From an archaeon (GTDB lineage: Archaea > Nanobdellota > Nanobdellia > Pacearchaeales > GW2011-AR1): 64,000 nucleotides of DNA. The DNA is taken from positions 568 to 64,567 of the forward strand of contig JAUWIJ010000001.1 of NCBI GenBank assembly GCA_030605415.1, given 5' to 3'. How positions within the stretch are numbered: position 1 is the stretch's first letter; the number at the start of each line of letters is the position of its first letter. Made by a program: the position numbers and the translations under genes. Below, in pieces: positions 54,109 to 63,942 of the stretch. The notes under the pieces are model-generated. The model was not told the origin of the DNA and ran no database searches. It saw nothing but the letters and a program-made list of their open reading frames with translations.

Positions 54109-55725
54109 CTAACCACACAATTCCCTCAAAACTTCACTTACTTCTTTCCCAGAAACCTGACCCTTGAATTTTCCCATAACTAATCCCATATAAGCTCCCT
54201 GAGATAATCCCGGTTTTTCTCTAATCAACTTCTCAACTTCTTCTTTCAAATTAATATCAGACTTTTCCATTGCTTCATCCAAAGACATTCCCTGCGCAAT
54301 TTTTTGCATTACCGTTTTCACATCGTTGCTCGAAATGTTTTTACCGACGTGTTCGAGAATCGCCTCAAGAGTGTGAGCATTAAAAATTTCCTCAAGTTCC
54401 CCTTTGGACTTATTTTCCTTTTTCCCAATCTCAGTTTGAAACAGCGTTAAGGATTTTGCGATTAGTTCGTAATTAGAAATTGTTTTAGCGAGAACTTTAA
54501 AATCTTCTACCTTGTTTCGTTTCAAAACCAGTTTCATCAATTCATCATTAAGACCAAATTCGCTCAGATAAGATTTATGTTCGGATGCAAGTTTCGGCAG
54601 ATTCTTTCTCGTTTTGTTAATTAGTTCTCTTGATATTTTCAGGAGCGGAACGTCGGTTTCGGGATACATCCGCGCAGCACCAGGCATTGGTCGGAGGAAT
54701 TCCGTTGTTCCGTCGGGAAGAGCATTTCGAACTTCATTTTTGCAAGATTTTTCTTTAATACGTTTCTGTTGCCTTGCGATTTCCATATCTATAGTTTTTA
54801 TCATCATCTTCGTATCCTGAAAACCCTTAATCTCAACTCGCTTACTTTCCTTAATCGAAATATTAACATCCTGACGAATCGTCCCAATTCCCCGCTTAAT
54901 TTTACATGCCCGCAAAATTTCCCCAATTTTCAAAGCCGCCTCTTTAATTTCTTCCGGCGTATGCATATGAGGACCCGTCGCAATTTCAACCAACGGAATT
55001 CCCAACCTGTCTAACTTGTAAGTTGTAGTTTCTTCATCTCTGGCAACCACTCGCGCAGAATCCTCTTCGAGCATTATCGCATCAATCGGAATTTTCCCCG
55101 ACGAGATTTCAATGTATCCGTCGTGAGCAATCAATACCGTTCGCTGAAACCCCGTTGTATTTGAACCATCAATCACAGTCTTACGCATGACCTGAGCGAC
55201 CGGAAATATTTTACAATTTAAAAGATGCGAAATCTGCAATGCAATTTTCAGAGCTTCCCGATTTATTGAATGTGGTGGTTCCTCGTCAATTTCAACAAGA
55301 CAATTTGTGTCATAAACCTGATAGATAAATTTCTTGTTTTGCAATTTTTCGTGAGCAACCGCTACATCAATTTTACCCGTTTCACCGACGACAGGATTCA
55401 ACGTTCTCTGGATTTCATACTGTGGCTTATCATTCCGCAAAAGACTTGGGCAGTCACAAAAAAGTTTATGCGTGTCCAACTGCTGATGAATTTCCAGCCC
55501 CGATTTCAATCCAACTTTTTTATAGTCGTAAACTGTGGGGGCTGAGGTTGTTTCACTTCCAGAACTGAGACCGCTCCGCTCTGAGAACTTAGACCGCTTT
55601 GCTCTTAGAGATTCTTCCGCTTTCCCGTCCCTGCCCCCGTCGGTTTCCCCTTCTGAGTTCTGAGTACCGAGTTCTGAGTTCTGGACTTCCCGTCCACCGA
55701 GTTCTGAATTCTTGTCGGATTTCAT
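54109..55725 (-). CDS. gatE: Glu-tRNA(Gln) amidotransferase subunit E with repeat-encoded N-terminal extension
   Basis: GLEIHQQLDTHKLFCDC motif. N-terminal ~65 aa (SELGGREVQNSELGTQNSEGETDGGRDG...) is encoded by family-B repeat 55545-55725. Confidence 0.85.
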   Translation of the reverse strand: MKSDKNSELGGREVQNSELGTQNSEGETDGGRDGKAEESLRAKRSKFSERSGLSSGSETTSAPTVYDYKKVGLKSGLEIHQQLDTHKLFCDCPSLLRNDKPQYEIQRTLNPVVGETGKIDVAVAHEKLQNKKFIYQVYDTNCLVEIDEEPPHSINREALKIALQISHLLNCKIFPVAQVMRKTVIDGSNTTGFQRTVLIAHDGYIEISSGKIPIDAIMLEEDSARVVARDEETTTYKLDRLGIPLVEIATGPHMHTPEEIKEAALKIGEILRACKIKRGIGTIRQDVNISIKESKRVEIKGFQDTKMMIKTIDMEIARQQKRIKEKSCKNEVRNALPDGTTEFLRPMPGAARMYPETDVPLLKISRELINKTRKNLPKLASEHKSYLSEFGLNDELMKLVLKRNKVEDFKVLAKTISNYELIAKSLTLFQTEIGKKENKSKGELEEIFNAHTLEAILEHVGKNISSNDVKTVMQKIAQGMSLDEAMEKSDINLKEEVEKLIREKPGLSQGAYMGLVMGKFKGQVSGKEVSEVLRELCG

Positions 55726-56129
55726 AGTAAAGAGAATATGATAAGGTTTAAATAATCTTTCTTCGTGTCTTAATCAAGAAAGGAGGTAAGAATGAAATTA
55801 ACAAAAATTGATTATAAATCGGCTGCGTTTTTTGGAGCACTTGCTTTAGTGATGTATCTGCCTTTCGGTTTGCTTATGTGGAGTTCACGAGACGTTTTAT
55901 TGGCTCAGGGAGTTTCCATAACAGCAGTTCAGACATTTATTATTGCACCAATCCAGTCTGGTATCATAGGATGTTTAATTACGCTGATTGCGATTCTGGT
56001 CTACAATTTTGTGGCGAAAAAATATCCGATTTCTTGGGAAGTAGATAAGAAGTAATTTTTATATCCTCTTTAATTTCTATAGGATTTAATTTTTGAAAGA
56101 TTTATATAGTTTGCTTTTTATTTCTTTTT

Positions 56130-57755
56130 ATGAACAAGAGAGGAATTTCATTAGTTGTGGCATCGGTTTTGTTGATTTTAATGGTTGTTGTTTTGATTGC
56201 TCTTTTATGGCTTTTTCTTTTGCCCTACTTACAAAAGATTGATCTCGAACAGGATACTGGTATTTTAATAAATTTTGCAGAGGGATACACTTGTTACGAT
56301 GCCAGTAATAATGTTTCTATGGTTCAAATTACCAGAGGGGCGAGTGACACGAATCTTTCTGGTTTGAATGTAGTTTTTTTGAAGGATGGAAACAGTCATA
56401 GTTTTTATCCTGACTCTTTAGACCCCAATTCAAAAAAAGTTTTCACATTCGAAATTCCTGGGGAGATAGATGAAGTTCGAGTTGCACCAATTTTTTTAAA
56501 GGGCGGAAAAGAAGTTTTGGGAGATTTTTCTTCTTCGGGTAAAATTTTTCCATGCAGTAATACTATAACTGTTGCCGATTTACTGTACGAGGATTGTGGG
56601 AATGGGAAGATAGATGATGGCGAAGAATGTGGGGAACCAGGGTTGCCTGAATGTGAATCCGGTAAGAACTGCGAGGGATGTAAGTGTAAAGTAGCGAACT
56701 GTGAGGAATGTACCAGTTGGCAAGATAGTGATTGCGGAGAAGGAGAATGCGCATTAAATCAGATGTATCAGACATGCAATACTCCCCCAGAATGTTCTAT
56801 GGAAACAAGATGTATTGATCATTCTAATTGTTCTTGTAATATTTTATTAAGTCCGGGAACCAATGTTATTTACAATGAAATTTTGAATGTTCCCGATAGT
56901 TCGGAATTAGGATATAATCAATATACGATTTGTTTAAATCCAGGAAATTATTTTGAAAGTTTATTGGGAAGCAATGGTATTTCTAATAAGAGCGGAATTA
57001 GTTTAATAGGTTATAGTGGAAGACCTAAGATTGATTTAATGGAGGAATTAGGGATAAAGTTGATTAATTCTTCGTATATGATTTTAGATAATTTGGAAAT
57101 ATTTAATACCTCAAATCATGGAGTTTATATGTTTAGCGGTTCTAATAATATTCTTAATAATTCTATTATTCATGACACCGGAAATGATGCAATAACTATT
57201 GAACAGGGAGAGAATCATTTGATTAGTTATAATACTGTTTATAATAGCGATGATTCTGCGATTTATGTGAGAAACGGAGAACCAAAAAATGTTGTTTTTA
57301 AGAATAATTATCTTTGGAAAGGAATTGGATTGCAGTATTCAAATGGGATTATTTATATTTCTTCTGATAATATTATTATAGATTATTATTGTAATTATAT
57401 GAATGCTTCTGACGAGGCTGGCGGAGGTTTTGCTGCTGCGATAGGAGTCCACAGAACAGATAATTTACATCTTAATTTTTCTTATAATTATATTGATGAA
57501 AAAATTTCTTATGATGAAACAACTACTAATCTTTATTGGGAAGATTTGTCTGGCTCTTGTGTTCATGGAAATAAAACAGTAATTATTTCCAATTGTTCTG
57601 GAAGTGCTACAATTGGAACATTTATATTTGAAAATAATTATTGTAACGAATTTAATAATCCGGCTTATTGTGATTTTTCTGCGGATAGTGGTAATTATGC
57701 TTCATGGAAGACAGTTTGCGGACACGTTGGAGCTTATGATATGGACTATTCTTAA
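56130..57755 (+). CDS. Secreted protein with prepilin-like N-terminus, Cys-rich repeat and right-handed beta-helix repeats
   Basis: MNKRGISLVVASVLLIL resembles an archaeal class III signal. CGNGKIDDGEECGEPG Cys-rich repeat. NNSIIHDTGNDAITIE...NSDDSAIYV PbH1-like repeats. Confidence 0.5.
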   Translation: MNKRGISLVVASVLLILMVVVLIALLWLFLLPYLQKIDLEQDTGILINFAEGYTCYDASNNVSMVQITRGASDTNLSGLNVVFLKDGNSHSFYPDSLDPNSKKVFTFEIPGEIDEVRVAPIFLKGGKEVLGDFSSSGKIFPCSNTITVADLLYEDCGNGKIDDGEECGEPGLPECESGKNCEGCKCKVANCEECTSWQDSDCGEGECALNQMYQTCNTPPECSMETRCIDHSNCSCNILLSPGTNVIYNEILNVPDSSELGYNQYTICLNPGNYFESLLGSNGISNKSGISLIGYSGRPKIDLMEELGIKLINSSYMILDNLEIFNTSNHGVYMFSGSNNILNNSIIHDTGNDAITIEQGENHLISYNTVYNSDDSAIYVRNGEPKNVVFKNNYLWKGIGLQYSNGIIYISSDNIIIDYYCNYMNASDEAGGGFAAAIGVHRTDNLHLNFSYNYIDEKISYDETTTNLYWEDLSGSCVHGNKTVIISNCSGSATIGTFIFENNYCNEFNNPAYCDFSADSGNYASWKTVCGHVGAYDMDYS

Positions 57756-58982
57756 AATAGATTCTCCAACATCTTTTCTTTTACATTCCATTTCTTGTGT
57801 CCGAGCACCCACCCAAGTTTTATCAAAGCAGTTTCTGAAAGCATTCCCCCGAGAAAAATAATTCCAGTTTTTTGTAACTCTCGTCCTGTAGAATACACAT
57901 TTGGATTAAGTTGTCCGTAAATAGTTTGTGGCGTTGCGCAAATTGTGATTCCGTTTTGAATCGCCTTTTTAATTTTTGGAAGCCAATTTGTCGAGGATTG
58001 TTTTCCCGGGACTTGTCCTAATCCAGTGACTTCTAAAATTATTCCTTTGTATCCTTGTTGTTCATAATATTCTAAAATTGCTGGGTCTTGTCCTGGGTGA
58101 ATTTTTATTAGCGTAACTTTATCTGAAAATTTTATATCTATTTTTGATTTGTTATTCGAACGAGCATTGAAGGTTTTTAATATATTTATTTTATCTGGGG
58201 TGATTTCTGCAATAGGAGTGTCGTTAATTATTTTGAAAGCGTCTCGTTTTGAGGTGTGCATTTTTCTGACTTTGGTTGCGGGCATTGCTAAACAAATTTC
58301 ATCGTTTGTATTTTTGTGTCCGACTAGTGCGATTTCTGCGATGTCTGATGTTGCGTATTTTGCTGAGCAAATTAAGTTGAGGGCGGCGTCGGTTGAGGCT
58401 CGGTCGATGGAACGTTGGGAATATGTTAGGGCAATTGGTTTGTTGAGTTTTTGAATGAAAAAAGATAATGCCGCGGCGGTGTAATGCAAAGTGTCGGTTC
58501 CGTGTGTGATAATTATTCCCTTGATTGATTTGTCGTTTAAATATAGTTCACAAGTTTCGGCTAATCTTTTCCAATCTTTTGGATCCATGTCCTCAGAGAA
58601 TTTCATAAACGGGCTGACAATTATTGGATTGCAAATGTTTTTTATTTCTGGCGCGATGTCTAATATTGCTTCTTTATCGGTCGAGATTACTCCACCCGTT
58701 TTTGAATCAAGCCGAGAAGAAATTGTTCCGCCTGTAATGACAAAAACTACGTTGGGTAATTTTTGTAGGACGCTTCGCTGGTAGGACGCTTCGCTGGTAG
58801 GACGCTTTCTCCAGAATTGTTGCATCAAGAATTTCACCTTCCCGTATTCCAATGTTATAACCACTTGGTAATTTTAGGAGAATTATTTCAGGGTCGTGAG
58901 ACTCAAGAATATATCCCTCCCACGTTCTATTCTTGGTTTGGATTTTTACTTTGTCTCCAGGTGCGAATGCTTTTATTTCCAT
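57752..58982 (-). pseudogene. gatD: Glu-tRNA(Gln) amidotransferase subunit D, split across two frames at a 16-nt tandem repeat
   Basis: ORF 58982-58707 encodes the GatD N-terminal domain (…LLKLPSGYNIGI…). ORF 58864-57752 encodes the asparaginase-like body (VVFVITGGTISS). The frames differ and the junction coincides with (gtaggacgcttcgctg)x2.7 at 58765-58807. Confidence 0.7.
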
Positions 58983-59090
58983 AGAATAGATAGTTTGAGA
59001 AGATATAAAAAGGTTTCCGACGGAACCAAGGTTCCCTACAGGTAGCCTCCTTTGAGTTAGATTAATAAATGAGAGTTTCTATAAAATTTT

Positions 59091-60554
59091 ATGAAAACCA
59101 AAACATTTCCCATAAAAATTGGCTTAGAAATCCACGGATATTTAGACACGAAAGAAAAGTTATTTTGTATGTGCTTAGTTTCGGGGTGTCGGTGTTCGGG
59201 GGTCGGAGGGTCGGAAGATATACCTAACTCGAGAATCTGCCCAATTTGCACAGGGACGCCGGGGTCAAAACCAATGGCACCTAATATTGAAGCAGTTAAA
59301 AAAATGATTCAGATTGCATTGGTCTTTGGGTCGAAAATTAGTTTTGAAACGACCTGGCAGAGGAAACATTATAACTGGGCAGATTTGCCGAAGGGATATC
59401 AGACGACAATTTCCGGAGCGCACGCGACGCCAAATGCTGTCGGGGGAAAATTTAAAGGGATTAATCTGACTGAGTTGCATCTTGAGGAAGACCCGGCGCA
59501 GTGGAATCCGGATTCGGGGAAAATTAATTATAATCGTTCGGGGTTACCCCTGATTGAGATTGTGACCGAGCCGGAGTTTTCGGATTCGGAGCAGGTTGTT
59601 GAGTGGCTAAAGAGTTTAATTTTATCTTTGAGTTATATTAAGGCAGTTCGAAAGAACGCGGGAATCAAAGTTGATGTAAATATTTCGACTTACGGCGAGC
59701 GGGTTGAGATGAAGAATTTGAATTCGTTGGAGAAGATTCGGAAAGCGATTGATTATGAAATTTTGAGACAAGTTGAAGCTAACGAGAAAGGAGAAGTTCA
59801 GAAAATGGAGACACTTGCGTTTGATGAGAAACTTGGCAAGACAATTAAGATGAGGTCGAAGGAAGGGGCGGCGGATTATAGGTTTATTCCCGACCCTGAT
59901 TTGCTTACGATTAAAATAGATAAAAAAATGGTCAATAAAATTAAATCGGAATTACCTGAGATGCCTGAAGTTAAATTGGCTAAACTACTGAAGACACATA
60001 AAGTTGACAAAAAGAATGCTGAGGTATTGACAAGAAATTTAGAACTGGTTGAGTTTTTTGAAAAATTAGCTATGATTACTGCACCCAAGGGTGTACCTCC
60101 TGCCCAGATGGCATCCGCTAAAGCGGACAAGGTCGGCAATGTGAATAAAAATTTGTCGTGGGTGACGATTGAATTATTGAGGGTTCTAAATTATAATAAA
60201 AAAACTTTGGAGGATGAGGATGTTGAGATTTTACCTGAGCATTTGGCGGAGTTGATTAAGGCGGTTGAATCGGGGAAGATTACGGTTTTGAAAGGGAAAC
60301 AGATTATGAATGATTTTGTGCCGAAGTCGTTTTCGTTGAAGGAGCATAAGGGAGAGATTGGGAATATTGATGAGGCTGCGATTGAGAATTTGTGTAGGCA
60401 GGTGATTGATGAGAATTTAAAAGTTGTTGATGAGTATAAATCTGGGAAGGGTGCGTCGTTGAATTATTTGATTGGGCAGGTTATGAGGTTGTCGGAGAGA
60501 CGGGCAGATTTTAAAGTTGCTGGAGAGATTTTGAAGAGGTTGATTGGGAATTGA
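59091..60554 (+). CDS. gatB: Asp/Glu-tRNA amidotransferase subunit B with in-frame 18-aa insert
   Basis: GLEIHGYLDTKEKLFCMC...ICPICTGTPG...DLPKGYQ GatB/E motifs. Insert PKGVPPAQMASAKADKVGNV at 60082-60144. Confidence 0.8.
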   Translation: MKTKTFPIKIGLEIHGYLDTKEKLFCMCLVSGCRCSGVGGSEDIPNSRICPICTGTPGSKPMAPNIEAVKKMIQIALVFGSKISFETTWQRKHYNWADLPKGYQTTISGAHATPNAVGGKFKGINLTELHLEEDPAQWNPDSGKINYNRSGLPLIEIVTEPEFSDSEQVVEWLKSLILSLSYIKAVRKNAGIKVDVNISTYGERVEMKNLNSLEKIRKAIDYEILRQVEANEKGEVQKMETLAFDEKLGKTIKMRSKEGAADYRFIPDPDLLTIKIDKKMVNKIKSELPEMPEVKLAKLLKTHKVDKKNAEVLTRNLELVEFFEKLAMITAPKGVPPAQMASAKADKVGNVNKNLSWVTIELLRVLNYNKKTLEDEDVEILPEHLAELIKAVESGKITVLKGKQIMNDFVPKSFSLKEHKGEIGNIDEAAIENLCRQVIDENLKVVDEYKSGKGASLNYLIGQVMRLSERRADFKVAGEILKRLIGN

Positions 60555-60878
60555 GTTGATGAAGATTTTAAAGAATGAGAAGTTGGCGAGATTATGACTT
60601 GGTAAAACCGATGGGATAATCTTATAAAGTCCCGATTGTTAGTTGGTTCATGGGTGATGAAATTGTTAAGACTCCTGATGTAGCAAATACTCCAGCTGCA
60701 GCAAAGACTTCCGATGTTGCAAATACCCCAGCCGTTGAGGGGACAAGCAAGAAGTGGATTTTTTGGGCTGTCGGGGCTGCTGTGGTGATTGTGGCGTTGC
60801 TGTTAGTTTGGATGTTTATATAAAAATGCTATTACTGCGATTAGAAAGTTCTAAAAATAGCTGTTGCCAGTAAAGAGT

Positions 60879-61345
60879 ATGGAAATTAGGAAAGCTACAA
60901 TCAGAGATTTAAAGAGAATTCAAGATTTGAATTTTTTACTTTTTGAGAAAGAGAAAAAAGAGTATGACAAGTTTCTGAATATGGATTGGACTTTTGGCGA
61001 AAAGGGAACGAAATGTTTTAAAATCATTTAACTAAAGAAAATTCTTGCGCTTTTGTTGTTGAGGATAATGGAAAAATTATTGGATATTTAGCAGGGGGCG
61101 AGATTAAAGCAGAAAATTATAGGAATATTTCTAAAATAGTGGAATTAGATAATATGTTTGTTTTGGAAGAATATCGTGAAAGGGGTGTTGGTGGAATGTT
61201 ACACGATGCTTTTGTTAAATGGTGTAAAGGGAGAGGAGTTAAGGTATTAAGAGTTGAAGCTTCGGCGGAAAATAAACAAGCTATTGGATTTTATAGGAAG
61301 AGAGGATTTGGAGATTGTAGTTTGGTTTTAGAGAGGGAGATTTGA
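60879..61345 (+). pseudogene. GNAT acetyltransferase interrupted by a frameshift
   Basis: N-terminal frame (60879-61031) stops at KCFKII*. The C-terminal GNAT core (RGVGGMLHDAF...) continues in another frame from 61022. The shift lies in an A/T homopolymer run. Confidence 0.45.
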
Positions 61346-61543
61346 TGAAACAAATACAAATAAACAAAATATTGAAAGAGAATAAGGATTTGTTTGATAC
61401 TCTGGAGAGGCATGACGAAACGATGGAGTTGCCTTTTCAGAGAAAGAAGATAAACCTAACTTTGTCAGTTGAAATTATTAACAAACTTAAACAGATGAGG
61501 GAAAAAACCGGAAAGCCGATTTCGCAGATTATAGAGGAAAAGT

Positions 61544-62236
61544 TTGTGTAAAGTTTTTAAAGCTGGTTTGGGTAATATTTTTATGGAAAAAGAATATTAT
61601 TGTTCAAAATGTAAAGAAAATATAGATAAAAAAGTTTATGAGTATTCTAAGAAAAATTGTGGAAAGGTTTTGTGTCGTGGGTGTCAAGAAGGTTTTGTTT
61701 TGAAGGTGAAAGATGTCAAGAAGGATGTGGAAAAAAATGGTGAAAAATCTGGATTGAGTAATAAGCAAAGTAGCTACAGGGAAAATATGATTAAGGGAAG
61801 AATAGCGGAAACACTTATTGAAGAACTGTTTTTGTCCTTAGATTACGACGTTTTTAGATATGGAATGGAGAATACAGTTCCAGGAATTATGAAATTACTC
61901 AAGGGCGTTAAGGGGGATGTTGCTACAAATATTAGAAGAATGCCAGATTTTGTGATTAAGAAAGGTGAGGATGTATTTTTTGTTGAGGTTAAATTTAGAG
62001 CGAATGAAACTTTTACAAAAAAGAATTTACCTGAAGATTATCCTTTTCTGAATGCATATTTTATTGTTGTATCTAAAAAGCATATTAAATGTATTACTTA
62101 TGCAGAACTGATAGAGGGAAAAGAAGTAACTCCAGCATCTAAAAACTACTTAGGAAGTAGAAAAGAATTTGACTTAGACAAAGAAGTGATTATTGATTTC
62201 TGTAAATTTGCTGTTAAATTTTTTGAAAATGTATAA
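61544..62236 (+). CDS. Zn-ribbon + PD-(D/E)xK-like nuclease-fold protein (hypothetical)
   Basis: N-terminal CSKC...CRGC. Later PDFVIKKGEDVFFVEVK resembles a D...(D/E)xK motif. Confidence 0.3.
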   Translation: MCKVFKAGLGNIFMEKEYYCSKCKENIDKKVYEYSKKNCGKVLCRGCQEGFVLKVKDVKKDVEKNGEKSGLSNKQSSYRENMIKGRIAETLIEELFLSLDYDVFRYGMENTVPGIMKLLKGVKGDVATNIRRMPDFVIKKGEDVFFVEVKFRANETFTKKNLPEDYPFLNAYFIVVSKKHIKCITYAELIEGKEVTPASKNYLGSRKEFDLDKEVIIDFCKFAVKFFENV

Positions 62237-62278
62237 AAAATTTAAAATAAAAAAAATAAATTTAAAACATAAAGATTA

Positions 62279-62734
62279 TTAGTCTTTGTCTTTATCGTCT
62301 TCAGCGTCTTCCTTAGCTTCTTCAGCTGTTTCGATGTCTTCTTCGTCGTCTTCAGCGTCGGAATTATCGTCAACTACTTCTGGAGCTTCATCTTTAGCGT
62401 TATCTTCATTGATAACTGATGAGTCTGCCATTGGAGCTTCTGCTGATTCTTCTGACCGGTTTGAATCGTTGTATCTTGGCGCATTGTCCCGTGGAACCAT
62501 TGGTTTTGCCTCACTAACTGTTAGAGCTCGACCTTCGATATCTTTCTCGTGCATTTCAGAGATTGCTTTTTTAGCTGCCTCGTCGTCCGCGATAGTTACA
62601 AATCCGAATCCTTTAGATCTACCCGAGTATTTATCTTTGATTAACACTGCTTCTTCTACATCAAAAGACGCGAAAAGTTCCTTTAGCGCTTTATCATCAA
62701 CCGACCAAGGCAGATTACCTACGTATAATTTCAT
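62279..62734 (-). CDS. RRM-type RNA-binding protein with acidic C-terminal tail
   Basis: RNP-2 LYVGNL and RNP-1 KGFGFVTI. D/E-rich tail. Confidence 0.7.
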   Translation of the reverse strand: MKLYVGNLPWSVDDKALKELFASFDVEEAVLIKDKYSGRSKGFGFVTIADDEAAKKAISEMHEKDIEGRALTVSEAKPMVPRDNAPRYNDSNRSEESAEAPMADSSVINEDNAKDEAPEVVDDNSDAEDDEEDIETAEEAKEDAEDDKDKD

Positions 62735-62826
62735 ATTTTCCTCCTGTGTTATTTAATAATTTTAATAGAATTCTCATTTGGGCTCTTGGTCATTTACATA
62801 ATTTCATAGAAAGAGGCTTTTTAAAG

Positions 62827-63942
62827 TTAATGCATAAATTGCAAAATAATGCCCATAATAAAAACTAGCGATAAAATAACTATTAGTGCCCAATTTAGCG
62901 GAACTTCAATTTCCGGCTTTTTATTGTTTCGCGTGTTAGACTTCGCCCTTTTAGCAATTAGAAGAATTAATATTCCAGTCAGTCCGCCCGAGATTACACC
63001 ACCAATACTCAAGACTAAAGCAAAACTGATAAAGTCAAACTGAGTTACCAGAACATAAAAGATTAACGGAACCAGCGACGCAAAAAGAAATCTTTTTTTC
63101 TTAGATGCTTTAATATCATATTTGAATGTATTTAAGAGGGAAAACGAAAGAACGAAATAAGACGTTAACATCGTAAAAATTCCGAGTATTGTTACAACAG
63201 GACCGAACGATAAAGTCGCGATTTGTGTAATATCCGTGCCGAAAACTCCGACAAAAACTGCACTAAAAATAACATAGAGAACAATTGGAATCAAACTACC
63301 GAGGATAATTGCTCGTTTAAGGAGTTTCTCCTGGCCCCTAATTTCCCGACGAAGTTCTGGGATTGACGTAAACCCGAGAAGAGCAAACATAACGACCCCG
63401 ATTGGAGTTATAAAATTTGCCGAATTCCATGTCGCCAGATTTGCCGGGTTTACCAACGGAACAAATCTAATAAAAATACCCAAGATGATTACAATAATTG
63501 CGATGACACCCCACGTTTCAATTTTCTTTAATCCCTTCAGCCCTTCTCTCAAAAGCAAAGTCATAACGAGCCAGAACATTATACCGAAGATAATTGGCGG
63601 AATATCGCCCGGCAAAAGTTTAGACAAAGATTCACCCTCCCCGATAAGATAAGCCATAAGCGCAGAATAAATACCAAAAATCATTGCAAAAAACATCGCT
63701 CGCCTGCCCCATTTGCCCAAATATTTCTCAGCATAACCCGAAAGCTGATGTCTACCCCGCGTCCGCAACGTGATTTCCCCAAGTGTTAAATTTATAAAAA
63801 GTGCCACTGCACCGAGGACAACCAGCCAAAACAAACCTGCAATAAAACCCGATTTCGCAAAAACATATGGCAACCCCAAAATACCCGCGCCTATAATAGA
63901 ACCCGAAAGCGTAAAAGTCGTTGCCCAAAATTTTTTATTCAC
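62827..63942 (-). CDS. Amino-acid permease (AAAP/HAAAP-like, ~11 TM)
   Basis: N-terminal LSGSIIGAGILGLPY motif. Multiple TM helices. Confidence 0.5.
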   Translation of the reverse strand: MNKKFWATTFTLSGSIIGAGILGLPYVFAKSGFIAGLFWLVVLGAVALFINLTLGEITLRTRGRHQLSGYAEKYLGKWGRRAMFFAMIFGIYSALMAYLIGEGESLSKLLPGDIPPIIFGIMFWLVMTLLLREGLKGLKKIETWGVIAIIVIILGIFIRFVPLVNPANLATWNSANFITPIGVVMFALLGFTSIPELRREIRGQEKLLKRAIILGSLIPIVLYVIFSAVFVGVFGTDITQIATLSFGPVVTILGIFTMLTSYFVLSFSLLNTFKYDIKASKKKRFLFASLVPLIFYVLVTQFDFISFALVLSIGGVISGGLTGILILLIAKRAKSNTRNNKKPEIEVPLNWALIVILSLVFIMGIILQFMH

